In this document: positions 1 to 15,810 of the stretch, piece after piece | Layout of the letters: each line of letters begins with the position of its first letter | Numbering within the stretch: position 1 is the stretch's first letter | Source of the DNA: Syncephalis fuscata S228 | Taxonomy: Eukaryota > Fungi > Zoopagomycota | Length of the DNA stretch: 64,000 bases | NCBI GenBank assembly: GCA_025786725.1 | Contig: JAHLTZ010000002.1 | Span: forward strand, 868,001-932,000 | Direction: 5' to 3' | Translations under genes and position numbers: made by a program | The notes under the pieces: model-generated | Told to the model about the DNA's origin: nothing | Databases searched by the model: none | What the model saw: the letters and a program-made list of their open reading frames with translations, nothing else

Positions 1-2974
1 TTATTATGCAAGTAGAGATAATACAAGTATTATCGACATGGGGCATTTCAAAAACCACGACGAGTAATAGCGATCATGCCTATTTACCTGTATCTATACT
101 TGTATGTAGATAGAAATAAAACCATGACCTATGTGTTCAATTCAGCACATGTTTAGAAAGCCATGTGTGCACCCTGATACACAGCATGCCATTAGATGAT
201 TGATGTCGAGTAAAGCGTGCTAACCAGCAAGTAATTCCTGACACCGCATGAACAAGCATGGCAATGGCCATGGTAATTGCTGTTATCATTGCAGCATGGC
301 TTGTGTATTATGCTATCCAACAACAAAAACAACACCACCAGTAATTATCCTTTTTCTCGACGTAGTCACCACATGTGGAGCAAATAGGCGAATGAGTTGA
401 AGTTGTTGTGGTTAAGGTTTGATAATTGTGCCATATTGTTTCTTTCTCCTTCTTCCTCCTTCTTACTACGACGGTCGTTGTCGTCGTTTATACTATTACT
501 ATTACTATATTGCTAGTTCGTTGATTCGTCATTTAGCAAGAATTTCATTCTTTATATACATAGTAATAACTCACATATACTTTATATTAGTTATTGCTAC
601 TACAGCGACTACGTATTCCTTTCTTTCTCTCTCTCTCTCTCTCTACTCTCTTTCCCTTTCCTCTTCTCTTTATCTATCTATCTATCTATAGTAGTTATAC
701 ACTATACTATCATAGCTTGTGTCTGCCACTATTATTGCTACCGCTCTTCTTTTCATTCTTCTTCTTTTGTTCTTCTACAATACCCCTAACACCACCACCA
801 CTACTACTACCACTACTACTACCATATTACTACTATTTACACTATTGCTATACTACGTTTTAGCAATCAACGCTATACCTATTGTCACTGCTGGTGTAGG
901 ACTAGAAATACACGATTTGTTATTTACAACAACTCTGCTGACCTGCAATTGGCAGCACTTACTTTTATACTCTTCTATATTCGCTCTTTTACAGCAACTC
1001 CGCGTGTGAACTCGTTATCAGCTATTTGGTGAATATTTACCTTTTTTTCTACTTCTTCTTCCTCTTCTTTCTCCACAGCCCCACACTGACACTTCTTCTT
1101 ATCGTTTTATAGTGTGAGTAAGTGTGCGTGCCTGTGCGTAGTTAGTATTGGCGCTATTTACTACGGTTACCTTTTTCTCGTTGATTCTTTCTCTTCTCGA
1201 CTCCCTCTGTGAGTGTGAGTACCAAGTACGAGTGAGTAAACAAGCCAGCTGAACTGTGTGTATGGGTGCACTTGAGAGTAGCCACTTGTTTCTATTCTAT
1301 CAGTGTATCTCTACTATTCACCCACCGCTTATAGTTCTTTCTCGCTTTACACACCTACTTTATATTACGCTTGCGCACTACAATTGCTTTTTTAACTGTT
1401 GCTATAACCATTCAACAACAACAGTCAATCAGTAGCACTACTACCAACAGCAACTACAATAACACTAGTTTCAACAACCATACACTTTATTTCGAGACTG
1501 TGATCTTTTGTTGACGATTGTCACGGCAAACTTGGTAAGTAACTACTATTGAAACCTTCTCTCTTTCTCTCTCTCTAGTTGCGGCGGTCACGTTTTTCTG
1601 TGCATACACTTGTATGCATCAATTGATGGATATATGCGGACATATGGATGATAGTACAATAGGCCGGTGTTTTTACTATGCCTACTTGCTACTATTACAG
1701 CTATCATTGCTGGTTTTTTTAGCCAATACTTGCTCATTAACGTCCCGCCTAACGCCACGCGGCAAAGGCAATACTGGCTTTTCTCATCTTCTTGACTTTG
1801 CTTGCTAGTGTCTAGATAGATTTACACTTGTGCTAGATCTATAGTCATAATTGCTACTTTTCTTTCATCTTAATCGTATCATCTAGTATTTCATCTATAT
1901 AATTGCCATTCGTTTATTACGACTGGGCTTCAACGACGGCTATTGATCAGCGATAACAACAACGACGTTATTGTTTGTGAGTCGATAGTGACCGCCGTGC
2001 TATTCTTCTTCTGTGGCTTGCCAATCCTTTTGTTCTACTTTGTTTTGCTATACACAGTTCTTGCTTTCTATAACGCTTATATTATTGGCGTAGTATTATT
2101 AGTGCAAGCAGTATTGGCTTGTTGTAGGATTGGTTGTTATTAACAGCTAGTAATCAATGTGGGTATTATAGTGACGCGCACAGTTTATGCAACATGCCTT
2201 GTACTGTACATATTTATGTTATACGTATGTATTCTAATATAGATGCTAACCTTTGGATTTTGTAGTTGTTTTTGCCTCTAGCTATATACACTTACAGTGA
2301 CGATCACGTTTCCTCGTCTCATTGATACTTGCGTTTTTTGGTAAGCATTTAGTTATGCTATACTCTTTCGATTGATTAATATTTATATAGGCGCTTTTTA
2401 ATCGCTATTACTCAATAGTTTATTCGATAAGACAACAACAGAAGAAGAATTGATATAGTTTATTTGACGACAATGTAAGCTTTGCAATTGACAGTTATTA
2501 ATTAGATTATTGTTACTAACCAGCCATTCATTTGTTTCACTGTCGATCATTGGACTATGGTCATCTGACGTGTACCATCATTATACTTGCTTTTTTTAGA
2601 AGACTACCCTTTTGTTGCTACTTATTATATTCCTTTTGCTTCTTTGATCCTTCTAGAAACCGTCTGTTATTGTTATTATTTCTATTTCGTCATTCTCTCC
2701 TTTTGACTGAACTTACTGTTTTGCCGTCAATTAATCTACACTCTAGCATTTTGTGCGTCAGTTTGGTTAAGAGAACGAAAGAAGTAAAAGCAATACACTC
2801 GACCGACATATTAACAAAATCCATCGTTATACATCGATTAAGAATAGCTATATACACGGTAAATAGACATAGCTGTTTTAAAAAGCATCTATTAAACAAC
2901 GGTGTAGATACACGCACGCAACTATATATATACACACTCGTGTGCACTACACACATCAATCGCCATTTAAATCG

Positions 2975-5365
2975 ATGGACCCAGCCGGATGCAATGTTTT
3001 GCTTGTCGGCAGCACCTATCTTAACGATAGCGGCTCTGGTCTTTATGTAGCGCGTACTGCATGTCCACACGTTACTTCATATGGTCGTAAATACCTTACA
3101 GGCCCCTGCCATTGTGAACGCTATCGTAGACCGCAGGATCCAGCAGCTGTGCGCGAGGAGAACCGACAAGCACTAGAATTTATCCAGGCACTGTTAGAAA
3201 CGTATTCACACGTTACGGCTGTTACTTGTGGCCAAATTGCTTTATCGAGTTTACATACACAGCATCCAGGCCGTAACACCATTTTACTTATAGATTTGGA
3301 TCATTTTTCCCCTAAAGAGGATGAAATACCTAAACACGATTCGGGCGTAGAACTAGAGGACATGTATGGTCTAGACTTTTTAAAAGTAGTTGCAGATGAA
3401 TTGCAAGCGGGTCAGATTAAGCAAGTCTATCCCATTGTCTGCTCACACAACCCATCTCCTGATCTAATGACTCATTGTCTTAATCTTGGAGCAGCCGACT
3501 ATTTGGTTAAGCCTATTGGATCTGAAGTTGTCAAAACACTATGGCTAAACGTATTACGTCGACTAAGGAAGGATGGCGAATTCCAAGTGCCAGTCAATGC
3601 CATGGAAATGGCTCGTCTACGCCAATATAATGGCGAATTTCTAGAAGAGCGATTGGCAGAGACATTTTCACGAGATGCTACGTAAGTGCATAATCATCAT
3701 CATTATATAGCTATTTATAATCAGATATTAATTATATGTTAATTTAGACTTGCTGAAATGATTGTAAACTATTATACACCACCATTTCGCCGGGTAGATC
3801 CCTTGGACTTTCCACGCTTAGATAACAATGCTTCCCAAGAACGTCAGCAGTTTCTTTATCTCCAACTAAATAGCTGGTCATTTTGTCCACACGATCTTTC
3901 GGACGATGATCTTCTTCGCTGTGTAGAGATTATTTTTACAAAGGTGATGGCCATGGACGGATTGGAAATGATCCATGCAACGCAAGGTAAATAGCCAAAT
4001 AGAATAAGCAATGAATGAAAAGTACTAAATCTAACGTTAAATTGTCTAGATACACTGCATCGTTTCATATTGGCAATTCGCAGTTCATATCATGCCACGA
4101 ATCCATATCATGATTTCTATCATGCTGTTGATGTGCTACAAGCAACCTTTTACATTCTTAATGCACTTGGCATCATTCCCGGCGATAAGAGCAAATCAAC
4201 GCAACTAGGCGAAGCGGGTCAGCGACGACGCACAGCTCTTCAACGCGTATTCCGTTCTAAAGATGTATTTGCGCTTATGGTAGCCAGTCTTGGTCATGAT
4301 GTTGGTCATCCTGGCGTAAATAACTTTTACATGATTAACGCACGTACACCATTGGCCGAGCTATATAACGATCAATCAGTACTTGAAAACTACCATGCCA
4401 CCTCACTATTCCTACTGATGCGCAAACATGGACTGAACTTTTACGATAATGACCAAGGACCAGTATTTAAAGGTAAATATTGAATATTAACTTGCTAATC
4501 TATTTAATTAATAATATTAATCATTTGTAATAGATTTCCGTTCTAGTGTTGTTAATGCCATTCTGGCCACAGATATGGGTACACATTTCGACTATGTCCG
4601 TCAAATCCACGAGCAATCAGATCGAATTGAACAGTTGGCCGATGTTAACACGACTGTTACCGATACTGATCGCCGTTTATTGACGGCGGCCATTATCAAG
4701 TGTGCCGATATTTGTAACGCAACCCGTCCATTTAAAATTGCCCGACAGTGGTGCCATGAATTGTTACGTGAATTCTCAATGCAATCAGAATTGGAAAAGA
4801 AGATGGGCGTGCCCGTATCGATGCCAGTCGATGATTCACCAGTAGCTCAGGCCAAGTCTCAGATTGATTTTATCAGTGCATTGGCCATGCCATTGTTTGC
4901 CGCTGTATCTCAAGTGTTCCCTGAATTGCAATACACGGTAGATCAATTATCTGCCAACAAAACAACCTGGGAAGGTATTCGGGCGGCAGAATTAGCTGCA
5001 CAAACGACAAAAACAATCGCTACAACGGCAGCAGCAGCATCGGCATCGTGTACAAGCCTTGCTACTTCACGTCGAGCCAATGAGCGTCTTCTCGGAGAAG
5101 ATGCGACTGCACATGCTCGTCGTCTATCATTGCCATATCCAGGACTAAAAAGAACAAGAGCCGTTCCAACTCGCAATTGTCCATTAAATCTGAAGTGGCA
5201 CGTCCTCGTCGTCCATTGTCAGGAGACTGTGCCGTACGCACGAGCAATGGCTCTACACCGATGCCCACACCACCTGCCAATGTTGCACGTCGTCTATCAA
5301 GTCGTCTTAGCGTCTGTAGTCAACGACGATATTCGGATGCCGTAGCCGATTACTTGTTCAGCTAG
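2975..5365 (+). CDS. Class I cyclic-nucleotide phosphodiesterase with N-terminal response-regulator receiver (REC) domain, multi-exon
   Basis: PDEase_I motifs YHDFYHAVDV, HDVGHPG, LENYH and IKCADI. REC motifs ILLID, MYGLDFLK and GAADYLVKPI. GT-AG introns near 3682, 3987 and 4473. The C-terminus probably continues into the 5177-5365 frame after a 1-nt deletion at ~5133. Confidence 0.9.
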
Positions 5366-6120
5366 AGATTCTCTTCGTATCATTCATCTATTTGTCATTC
5401 AATTTGTTTGTTTGTTTGTTTGTTTGTTTTTGCACTTGTTTCCCCCTCAGTCATATGATATATTCATATTTCTTTTCCGTGTGTTTTTTCTTTTGGCATT
5501 TTAATTGCGTTTCATTTTCCTTTTCCATCTTTTTGTGTTGTTGTTGTTACTACTGCTACTGCTGCTATTGCTCTTATTGTGGCTATATAAATATTGTTTT
5601 TTAGGTTGTGGTAATATGATTTTATTCATCTATTTAACAACAACACCTATAACATACACATATATACACACACTCTCTCTTTACTACTACTACTACCACT
5701 CTTTTCTAAAGACCACGATCCAAATACAAATAGATAGATATTTTTATCTATCAACACGCATACATATCATCACACGTCATTGAAGAGAAAGTGAGTCCAT
5801 ATTTTTACTCACTTTCTTTTAATCGTCGTATCTGCATGATTCTTTTTCTTTTTCTTCGCTTATTATTTTATATACACATGCGCTCAGTAGTCATGCTATA
5901 GAAACCGTTAAGATAGCAATGACCATAGAAGGAAATAAGCTTCTGGTTTAGCCTACTTTCTATCTTTCTTTCTTATCTGCGTTCTAATCAATAGCTACTC
6001 TTTCTCCTTTTGTATAAATGAAATTCAATAACAATAACAACGAGAATAATTACGATAAATTCACCATTAATGTTATAATACTATAATATGTCTATATAAA
6101 CTACTATTATTATATTATTA

Positions 6121-7454
6121 TTATTTAGTTGATGATGTACGTAGCCAAATATCAACCACTGATCTGGTTGTAACCTTGTTTGTTTGTGTTGATGATGACG
6201 TGTTTTTTGTGTAAGCTGTTGTTAATCGACTTGTAGCTAGTGCATCTAAATCACATAGCACTTTATCTGATGGTGGATCCACTTGTTGAGTTACTATACC
6301 ACGAGAAGTATGTGTTACAGCTTGACTATGACTACCACTACTACCACTGCCAGTACTGCTGCCTTGTGATTTCATTAATCGAGTTGCACACTATGGTGAT
6401 TATATATACATATATATTGATATTAATATAGGACTGTATTAATTAACTATAATGACTGACCAGTTTAACGCCATACCATCCACGTGTTTGAGTTGGACTT
6501 AATTCAACAACTCGGCAATATTCTTTTAAAGCTAGAGCTATTTGACCAGTTGTATAAAGTATCTATTATGAATAAATATAAGTGAAATAATAAATATAGC
6601 ATTTCTAATATACCTCAGCATATTTAAGATGAAATCCTGGATTTTGTGGCTGCATAACAATCACTTCTTCCATACAGAATATAGCTTGAGCATACCTATT
6701 ACCATTTAATCGATGGTTAACTATTAATTAACTATTTAACAAGTAAATAAATAAATAAATACGTACATGCATTCACTTAAATAGAGTTCACACAATTCCA
6801 TCCATCCTTCTTGATCTGAATGGTAAATATCAAGAAATGCGACCAGTGCAGTGATTGCATCTTGTATACGACCCTTTTGCTTTAAAATAGCAATATGTCG
6901 TTTAGCCGCCAACTATTTATAATACATATTAATAAGTATAATGATATGAATATAGATAGAATATTAGTAGACACAGTCCATACTCTACTAATATAATTAA
7001 TAACTAGTACTAACTTACCATATTGGTCTCGTCAGTTTCGAGTAGTGCAGCATATAGATTACTAGCAACTTCGGTATTACCTTTTGCTTCGTGAAGCATA
7101 CCTTCAAGACGCCCGACACGCATTGATCCCGGGAAACGAGCAGTTAATGCATCTAAACACGACTATAGTCCATGATGAACATAAAAAGGCCATTGCGTTC
7201 TATTAGCAATAATATAGTTATATCGACTCTTTGCAACCTACCTGAGCTAGTGACCAGCGCGCTGTATGTAAAGCAGCCACAAACAACTGTTCATAAAAGG
7301 CCCATACTTCATCGCCTAGATGTGAGGTATAGCCGGCAAGCATCAATTGTTCGCCATATTGCACCACAAGGTCAGGTGGTCCGTCACAACGTTGACGATA
7401 TTCGGCAAGAGTAGCCGCCAATTGTCCGTTTGATAAAACCGATGACTGAGTCAT
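6121..7454 (-). CDS. EMC2: ER membrane protein complex subunit 2 (TPR protein), multi-exon
   Basis: Spliced translation gives LGDEVWAFYEQLFVAAL, RFPGSMRVGRLEGMLHEA, KRHIAILK and DQEGWMELCELYL, characteristic of EMC2/TTC35. Confidence 0.88.
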
Positions 7455-8380
7455 AATAGTAGAACAACAAATAGAAACAATCAAAAATAGTAGGACTATT
7501 TAAAGCAGAGAAGAGAAAGAAAAGTTAAATATACAACGATATTAGTAAATAAAGAGGGTAAATTAGTTAACGTAAACACTATTATAACTATTAACAACAA
7601 CACTATTAAACAGCACCAATAGTATTAACTGAATTAAACACTTTATTGATTGGTCTATTATTATCTATTGTCTATATCGGTGGATTGTCTATACGTGATG
7701 CACATAGTCAGTCCATGGTTGTTGTTGTACTCATCTTATGATATGCATGATGGACTGAATATAGCACTTTTGCTTTTACTGCTACACAGCACCTCATCTT
7801 TCTTTTGCTTTTCATTAACAAGCTGAAATTCAGTTCGGCATCGGGTATGTAGGTGTATGTCTATTATCAATACTTTATATATACACTTCCTTTGTTATCT
7901 ATTATACATTTATATATATATTATACATATACATATACATATATTAACCACTATCTAGTATCATTTTTGATTAGTTGTTTAGAGTGACGAACGCGTACAG
8001 TGGTATTCTTTTAGTTAAATACCGTCACTATCGTTTATTCTCTTTCTCTTTCTCTCCGCTCGACCACCGACCATTTCTATATTCGTCCTTCTCTTTCCTT
8101 GACTATTTCTCCTACTCGTTCTCACTCTACTTCAATCTATTGATTCTTATGGTTTATTGTAGGGCCATAGGAGTATTGCTTGGTTAACTGGACTCTTTTA
8201 TCTTTGACTTTGTGTGTGTGTGTGTACACCTTTGGTAGAATACACTTTTACTTTTACTTTTACTACCGACTGTTGATATCCAATTGACGTTAGTAGACAC
8301 GCCAGTGTTACTGCCTATTGACCTACCAATCTACCAATCTACCTATCAATCTATCTATTTACTTACCTATATTCCTATCT

Positions 8381-8382
<2 letters not shown>

Positions 8383-8423
<41 letters not shown>
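8383..8423. repeat. (CTAT)n microsatellite
   Basis: About 10 tandem CTAT units upstream of the kinesin gene. Confidence 0.85.
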
Positions 8424-8565
8424 CTTAAGTGGACGTGGAATTCGTTCATTCATCTCTCTCGCACATCACACGTTTATTTGCATTGATACAGCTAACCGCG
8501 ACGCGTGAAGACGCCTTGTCATCAGGAAGCATAGTCACGCGTACACCACTCTTACTAGCACCATC

Positions 8566-11792
<3,227 letters not shown>

Positions 11793-12069
11793 GAGATTAT
11801 CAAGCTTAAATGAAAGCATTATAATCGAGTCATCATTAGGACGCACATTTATTGGAATTTAGATTTGTAGATGGCATTGTCACTTAAACAGTCTGTCGTT
11901 GTTGTTCAATCGAATACATACATCATCTATCGATGCATTGTTCGATTTATTAAAGAAGTATTTAGCGTAGTCAATCATTTGTGTTACTATTGGTGAATTG
12001 TGTCATAGTTTATTAACAAATCAATAATACATAAAGAGAACAACGAGAATGCAAGTGTTGTAGGCACTG

Positions 12070-12157
12070 GCATGAATGAATCCAATAGACGTGACGCTCG
12101 TCGTTTAAGACGATATAAATGCTTTAGACGCCAGACTATTTTCACTACTCGGTTCAT
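12070..12157 (-). promoter_or_regulatory. Candidate SECIS element in the SelenoH 3' UTR
   Basis: On the minus strand: GUGAA-AAUAG-UC-UGGCGU...GCGUCA-CGU-CUAUU-GGAU. This gives a UGAN/NGAN kink-turn core, a ~13 bp helix II, unpaired AAA, and an apical UCGUC-UUAAAC-GACGA ministem. AUGAA/UUCAU can form helix I. Folded by eye. Confidence 0.7.
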
Positions 12158-12189
12158 CTCTATTCAATCATCGACCTGTTAGCTGTTTA

Positions 12190-12899
12190 TTACTTTGACT
12201 GTTTACTAGCTGCATTGATAACATTGGCAACTAGACTGACAACATGCGCTTCATCAGGAAACTTTTCCTTCCTCGGTGGCCCCTAAACAGCAAATGGGAT
12301 ATGAATTACTAATTATTTAATTGTATTTATTAGACTAGTATTTACCTTTTTGATGCCACTCCAAATGAGTTGGCCATCAGATGAATCCGCTTCCGTAAGA
12401 ACGGTGATTTCAAAGCTTTTTGAACGAGGCTTTGTTGGATTCATTTCAATAATAGCATTGGGAAATTGCGCTACAATCGCCTGAATTTAGTATTATTTGA
12501 TTAATAAATATTAGCGTAGTAATAATAAGGGTCTAGATAGTATACGAACATTGCCCATATTGGTTGCATTTCGGCCGTATACTCGTCAGCTTTTACTAAT
12601 TGCATTATTAGTCTTTTTGTTAGTAAAATGCTAATTAACTTACCAGTGTTCAAACACCACGGTAAAGGGTGGCTATTTACACGTTCGCTGGAAGATGAGT
12701 CAGTAACAGGTGAAATTGCATTACTCGGCGTTGGTTGTGATTCTTCGAGTCTTGCTTTCTTCGTTGGTGCTGCGTCAGTTACAGTACTGGCGCGCTTGGC
12801 TTTTCTCGAAGGTTTTGTCTGTTCAGCAGGTGTGGCATAAGGGCGTTTGCCCAGCCGTGCACTGCGTCGTGTAGACTTGGAAGTCGATTCGGGGGGCAT
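12190..12899 (-). CDS. SELENOH: Selenoprotein H (Rdx/thioredoxin-like fold, CxxU) with in-frame UGA at 12588-12586
   Basis: Exons 12899-12644, 12595-12550, 12480-12346 and 12282-12190 (all GT-AG). They splice to ...FTVVFEHCKS*RVYGRNATNMGNAIVAQFPNAIIEMNPTKPRSKSFEITVL...IWSGIKKGPPRKEKFPDE, closely matching vertebrate SELENOH as I recall it (EHCTSURVYGRNA; NPTKPRRGSFEV; LWTGIKKGPPRKLKFPE). Basic N-terminus. One base is missing at ~12664-12669. Confidence 0.92.
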
Positions 12900-13878
12900 A
12901 TTAGTATAGAAAGAAGAGTAGATAATTATAAGCAAATAAATTTAATGGTTATATTTATATCTACTAAAACGTAGTTTTAATCACCTTAAAAACTATAGTA
13001 GATAAATTACTACTTTGTTTATAAATAGCATAAGTATTAGTTATTGCTAAATATTATTAATTTCATCGTTTATTGAATTGATGTAAAAACGTATACATTG
13101 AGCTGAGTAAATAGATTTGATCTATTTATATAAAAAGGGAGATTTACCAAAATACACCGTTTTTTATTTTAAATTTTAAAATTTAGTTAGTTGTATTTGT
13201 CACAATATATCGTTGGAAGTATTTTAACAAATAAAATACAATTGACATTGCTGTTAACATTGCTACAATTAACTAAACTACGTAAATAATCAGTTTTAAA
13301 TTAAAATTTGTTGCATTTATTATTATTAGTTTTTTCCCATCAGAAATTTTAACTTTGCAGCTTTTATCATTAAACACTATTATAAATACATAATACAGCT
13401 ACTCAAATAATAATAATAATAGCATTACTGAACTATTATAATTGTTAGTATATATTAAATAATAAAATATATACTTAACACTTTTATTTATACACTTCTT
13501 GATTTAACATTTGAAAATGTAGCAACATTATTTGTAATGTATCTAGTAATAAATTTAATAGTATCATTACCATAATTATATGAACAACTATCAAAATGCT
13601 TAAGATTGCATTGAAAAATCTTTACTAGACCAGTTTTCTGCTTTGTGGCAGTCAATATAAATCAACATTTGTTGCTGGAATTGTCTTTATGAAAACAAAT
13701 AATATGCAATCTTTTTGAAACACTATTTTTCGCTTAAAATCACAATTGCCAACAAGTCTAAACTCGTCAACAATAATTCTCGGTTTTTTAATACTGGTAA
13801 ATATAGCCCCAAACAGTTTGTTAGACATTACATATAATGAAAAATACAGCTAGACTATCGCAGTTACTTGTGGCATAC

Positions 13879-14399
13879 TGCGACGATTAGCAACTTAATG
13901 GCTATCGCCTTGTTTATATTTCTATCATTTAATCGTTAGTGACTACTGATTAATTGCTTGCCTTAGTATAACATGAACCTGATGCTATTATAAAATAGTC
14001 AATAACTGATTCTCCTTTTAATTATCAATTACCCCAGTTAAGCTTTTAATAGCCGAATAGCATTTTTAATTAAAGTAGATAAAATAACATATAACCAAAT
14101 ATATAGATATGTTTATTATAATTCCAATAAAGCTAGTTGTTTATAGTAAATACCATTGTTAATGGAACTTGACCTTGTTCATATGACTGATCATGTGCAG
14201 TAAATACTTGTTATTTACTGGTTATGTCTTTGGATAGCTGTTTGTTTATGCTTGTTAGTACTAGTATTTAGTATATTGCTGTTGTGACTATTCACATGTT
14301 ACCATCGGCATGTTGTTTGATTACATGGTGGATGTCATGGATCATCGTATGATAGATAATTATGTGACCATAATACCGTAATTCAATACCGTAACAACA
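13879..14399 (+). mobile_element. Solo-LTR-like repeat, copy 1
   Basis: About 520 bp with TG...CA termini, internal TATAAAA and AATAAA. Direct repeat of copies 2 and 3. Confidence 0.7.
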
Positions 14400-15810
14400 T
14401 CCTGTCATTTTTATTGTCAAGTGAATTAACAGAGGACCGACATTATAACAGTTAAACTGATATCTTATTAGTACAATATCTGATATTAAATACTACAAAT
14501 TTACACATAATATAAACTACATATTTATAGTTGAAAATGGTGCTAATACTACTTTACATTTACTTTAGTTGTATATGCTTTTATGAAACAAATGACCGAC
14601 ATAAATGATTCTGAGTACGCATTTCGATCTAATAGATAATATTTCTTTTCTCTGTTTAATAACTTACAACATATGGAATCATTGTTATGATATGTAACTA
14701 TATTAATCTTATTTTAACCTATAATGCCCTCATGAGTAGCTATTTGTTGACAATATATCCACTATTGTCTATTTCTTGTCGGTTGTTCACCCTCGCCTCA
14801 AATACTACCCTTATACAATTCAAAGCATAACAGCATGTGTGTATTTTGCAGTTTTATTAAATGCTATGTACAATGCTATTGCTTTAATGCGTTACTTTCG
14901 TTTAGCGCTATTGCTCTAGCTGCATCATCAACAGTTGGGTCGTTGATAAACTCAGTCTAACATTGTATGACAATAATAGTTTGCTATAAGCTAAACCAGT
15001 AAGCCTTGAGCTGTTAATTGTTTTCCATTGGTTTCTGCTTTGCTTGTTCTTTACATTCATCTTGCTTAACTTGTCAGAAGTGGTTTCAGAAATGTGGACA
15101 GCACTTAGGTTTTGGATGATTACCGGTTAGTATACATCCACAGCCATTATGCACTCGAATTGCTGGTAATTGGCCAGAGCTTTTTATTGTGTCTAGTCTA
15201 GTGTCTACATATTGTATTGCATATAATTTATGTAATGCAATTTAGTCTACAGCTGAAAAACTGATAAAAGTGATTTGTTGGATGTTCCATTACTCAAAAT
15301 GCCGTGATGCATCACCCTACAAATAGTACTTATTGTATAGTCGATTTCAAATAATTAGGATTAGCCGCCATGTGAATGATGGTAGTTGCACAACATATAG
15401 CATGATATGCTTGAATGTGATGGATTTGTGAATTCGAAACAACGATTACCCCATAGCAATGGGCATAGTGTCAAATGGAATGCATACATGTACTAATTAA
15501 TGCACTTTCTGATTTAAAAATTACAATTGATTTATATATAGCAGTAAAAACTTGTATAAAGTATCAGTTTGATACATTAAACTTGTTTTTTGCATCAACA
15601 TTGTGTGTTATTTTGTATGTATGCAGATATTGAAAGCCAAAGCAGTGGAAGTGACAGCAAAGGCATTATTGCCCCATTTACAAAGCTAAACAATACATTT
15701 GTTTTACGAAATAGTTAAATCGTGTAACAAAAATACAGACTAATATGTTTATTTCTATCACACATGTGCTGGCTTGTTAGCGTCGTCCCATTATTCGTGC
15801 GAGTGACTAG

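Noticed and set aside
419-2143. Short hydrophobic ORFs (poly-Y/L/T)
   Set aside because: They are translations of TAC/CT microsatellites in UTR or promoter DNA.
12586-12588. TGA as a simple nonsense mutation (SelenoH pseudogene)
   Set aside because: It coincides exactly with the Sec position, downstream coding is strongly conserved, splice sites are intact and a SECIS-like hairpin follows.
12501-12935. 144-aa ORF-track protein as the real product of this locus
   Set aside because: It reads through two introns and in the wrong frame over the conserved core; the spliced SelenoH model explains the sequence far better.
14860-15700. Possible decayed coding relics (signal-peptide-like and Cys/His-rich fragments)
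   Set aside because: Many stops and no family recognisable by eye; not supportable without tblastx.
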